From the NCBI GenBank assembly GCA_020891255.1, contig BQFW01000011.1, forward strand, positions 620,001 to 684,000: a DNA stretch of 64,000 nucleotides, read 5' to 3'. Numbering within the stretch: the first letter of the stretch is position 1; the number at the start of each line of letters is the position of its first letter. The notes under the pieces are model-generated. The model saw nothing but the letters and a program-made list of their open reading frames with translations, did not search any database and was not told the DNA's origin. Source of the stretch: Entomortierella parvispora E1425. Its lineage: Eukaryota; Fungi; Mortierellomycota. Below, piece by piece: positions 62,776 to 64,000 of the stretch. A program made the position numbers and the translations under genes.

Positions 62776-63004
62776 GCAAGTTTCAAGTCTCGAAGACCTG
62801 CATGGACCGAGCAATGAAGACGCATGTGTTGTCAAAGGAAGAAAAAAAGTTGATCCTGGTACTTTGTATGACTGATGACTCGGTGAAGACTGATCCAAAG
62901 TCCTTCCCTCAAGGTGCATCCGGTGGGCATCGTTGTGGTTTACGTAGGGTGCAAGTTTCAAGTCTCTTGGACTTGCATGGACCGAGCAATGGAGGCGCAT
63001 GTGC
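62776..63004 (+). repeat. Two ~57 bp direct repeats (third degenerate copy ~63300-63335)
   Basis: gcaagtttcaagtctc......tgcatggaccgagcaatg.ag.cgcatgtg at ~62776 and ~62951. Confidence 0.75.
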
Positions 63005-63109
63005 AGACATTCACTCGTTCTCACAAAGTGCGTACTAGATCCATGTAAAGTTGGTGGTGTACTAAGCCTATGTGAAAAAGAGACCCCTGTAAATAAGTCT
63101 GTCCATACG

Positions 63110-63148
<39 letters not shown>

Positions 63149-63896
63149 CATGTAATAAATCCATGTAGAATCAGGCTATTTTATTTTCTTGCGTGGGTGA
63201 TATCTCTATGGAAGCCGGCTCAATCGTCTTTCCTCTAGCTTTAATGGATGGGCACCATCGAGGAGGATTTTTGTCACAAGTTATAGCGTTCTAGGTCTTC
63301 AATGGAAGGAGCAATGGAGATGCATGTGTTTTGACCACCCATGGGTCTCCAGGAGGAGTCTTTTGCTACAGGTTGGTTCTAGGGCCTGTAATAAAATGAG
63401 CACCCACATAAGTTGACTCGCTCGTCTTCTGATCTATCCACTAAAGGATATTCCGGATAACAGAAGTCTGACTCCTCGTGTTCTCTGGACTGAGTTTCAT
63501 AACCCAATTGCAGAGGCAAAGAAGAATGATCCAGCCTATCCTTATACTCAAGCGCGCAAGAAGGCTCTGCAGAGGCGAAATCAGCTGGTAGATATCACTG
63601 AGGCCATGGCAAAGAAGGATGAAGTTCCCTCGAGTCAGTTATTGCAACACTTGAGGTCGCGTACAAAGAAAAAACGATCAACTTTGTTCGACAGGACTTG
63701 TCATCTTTTCTCCGAATCTTTAGGTTTTGATGGGACCACGAACCAATAGTCAAGAACCATACGGCGACGCGATGCGCGTGAAGGTGAGATGAGGACCGGG
63801 GTATGAAATACCACAGCAAAAGATGCACAATATTTCTTTTTTAATGTAGATTCGTTCTTCCGTCCAAGACGTCCAGACCCAAGAAGGAAGATTCAA

Positions 63897-64000
63897 GCGG
63901 GGTATGCTCTGGACGAGGGGCAGCCATGGGGGAGGGGCGCTCTTGGAGAAAAGAGGGCTTGAGAAGGACGAGCATGCTCCAGAGAGTGGGCTTGCTGTTG
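63897..64000. repeat. Dispersed repeat matching 45126-45228, runs off the right edge
   Basis: Near-colinear alignment with about 10 mismatches and a 1-nt indel. Confidence 0.85.

Noticed and set aside
63400-63830. Coding relic on the minus strand
   Set aside because: Fragments are short, in mixed frames and have no motif I can assign.
1-64000. tRNA, rRNA or snRNA genes
   Set aside because: No cloverleaf, A/B-box pair or rRNA-like conserved stretch recognised by eye; a covariance-model scan would be needed to exclude them.

Overview
Eukaryotic (fungal) genomic DNA with GT-AG introns, CTRAY branch points and poly-A/T intergenic tracts. The gene families and intron style suggest an early-diverging fungus, probably Mortierellaceae-like (inference). 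There are two compartments. From 1 to ~39.7 kb is a gene-dense core of intron-rich genes: exportin-T/Los1, a frameshifted and internally shortened sacsin-like/BTB gene, an atypical G-alpha, endosulfine/Igo1, a two-TM protein with a DEG/ENaC-like TM2, a Tim17-like protein, HIS2, ELL, CK2-alpha and MED14. From ~39.7 to 64 kb is an accessory, repeat-rich block. It holds an intronless terpene-synthase-fold-like ORF, a duplicated ~1 kb cassette encoding a small OB/SSB-like protein, and a 2.2 kb element with ~200 bp terminal inverted repeats and TA flanks that carries decayed gene fragments. It also holds Ty3/Gypsy relics, a broken Crinkler-like gene, a broken secreted Cys-rich gene, an intact secreted protein with five Cys-bracketed DxNxDG repeats between direct repeats, and a GC-rich intronless MFS permease. 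All family calls come from motif recognition by eye; no database searches were run.
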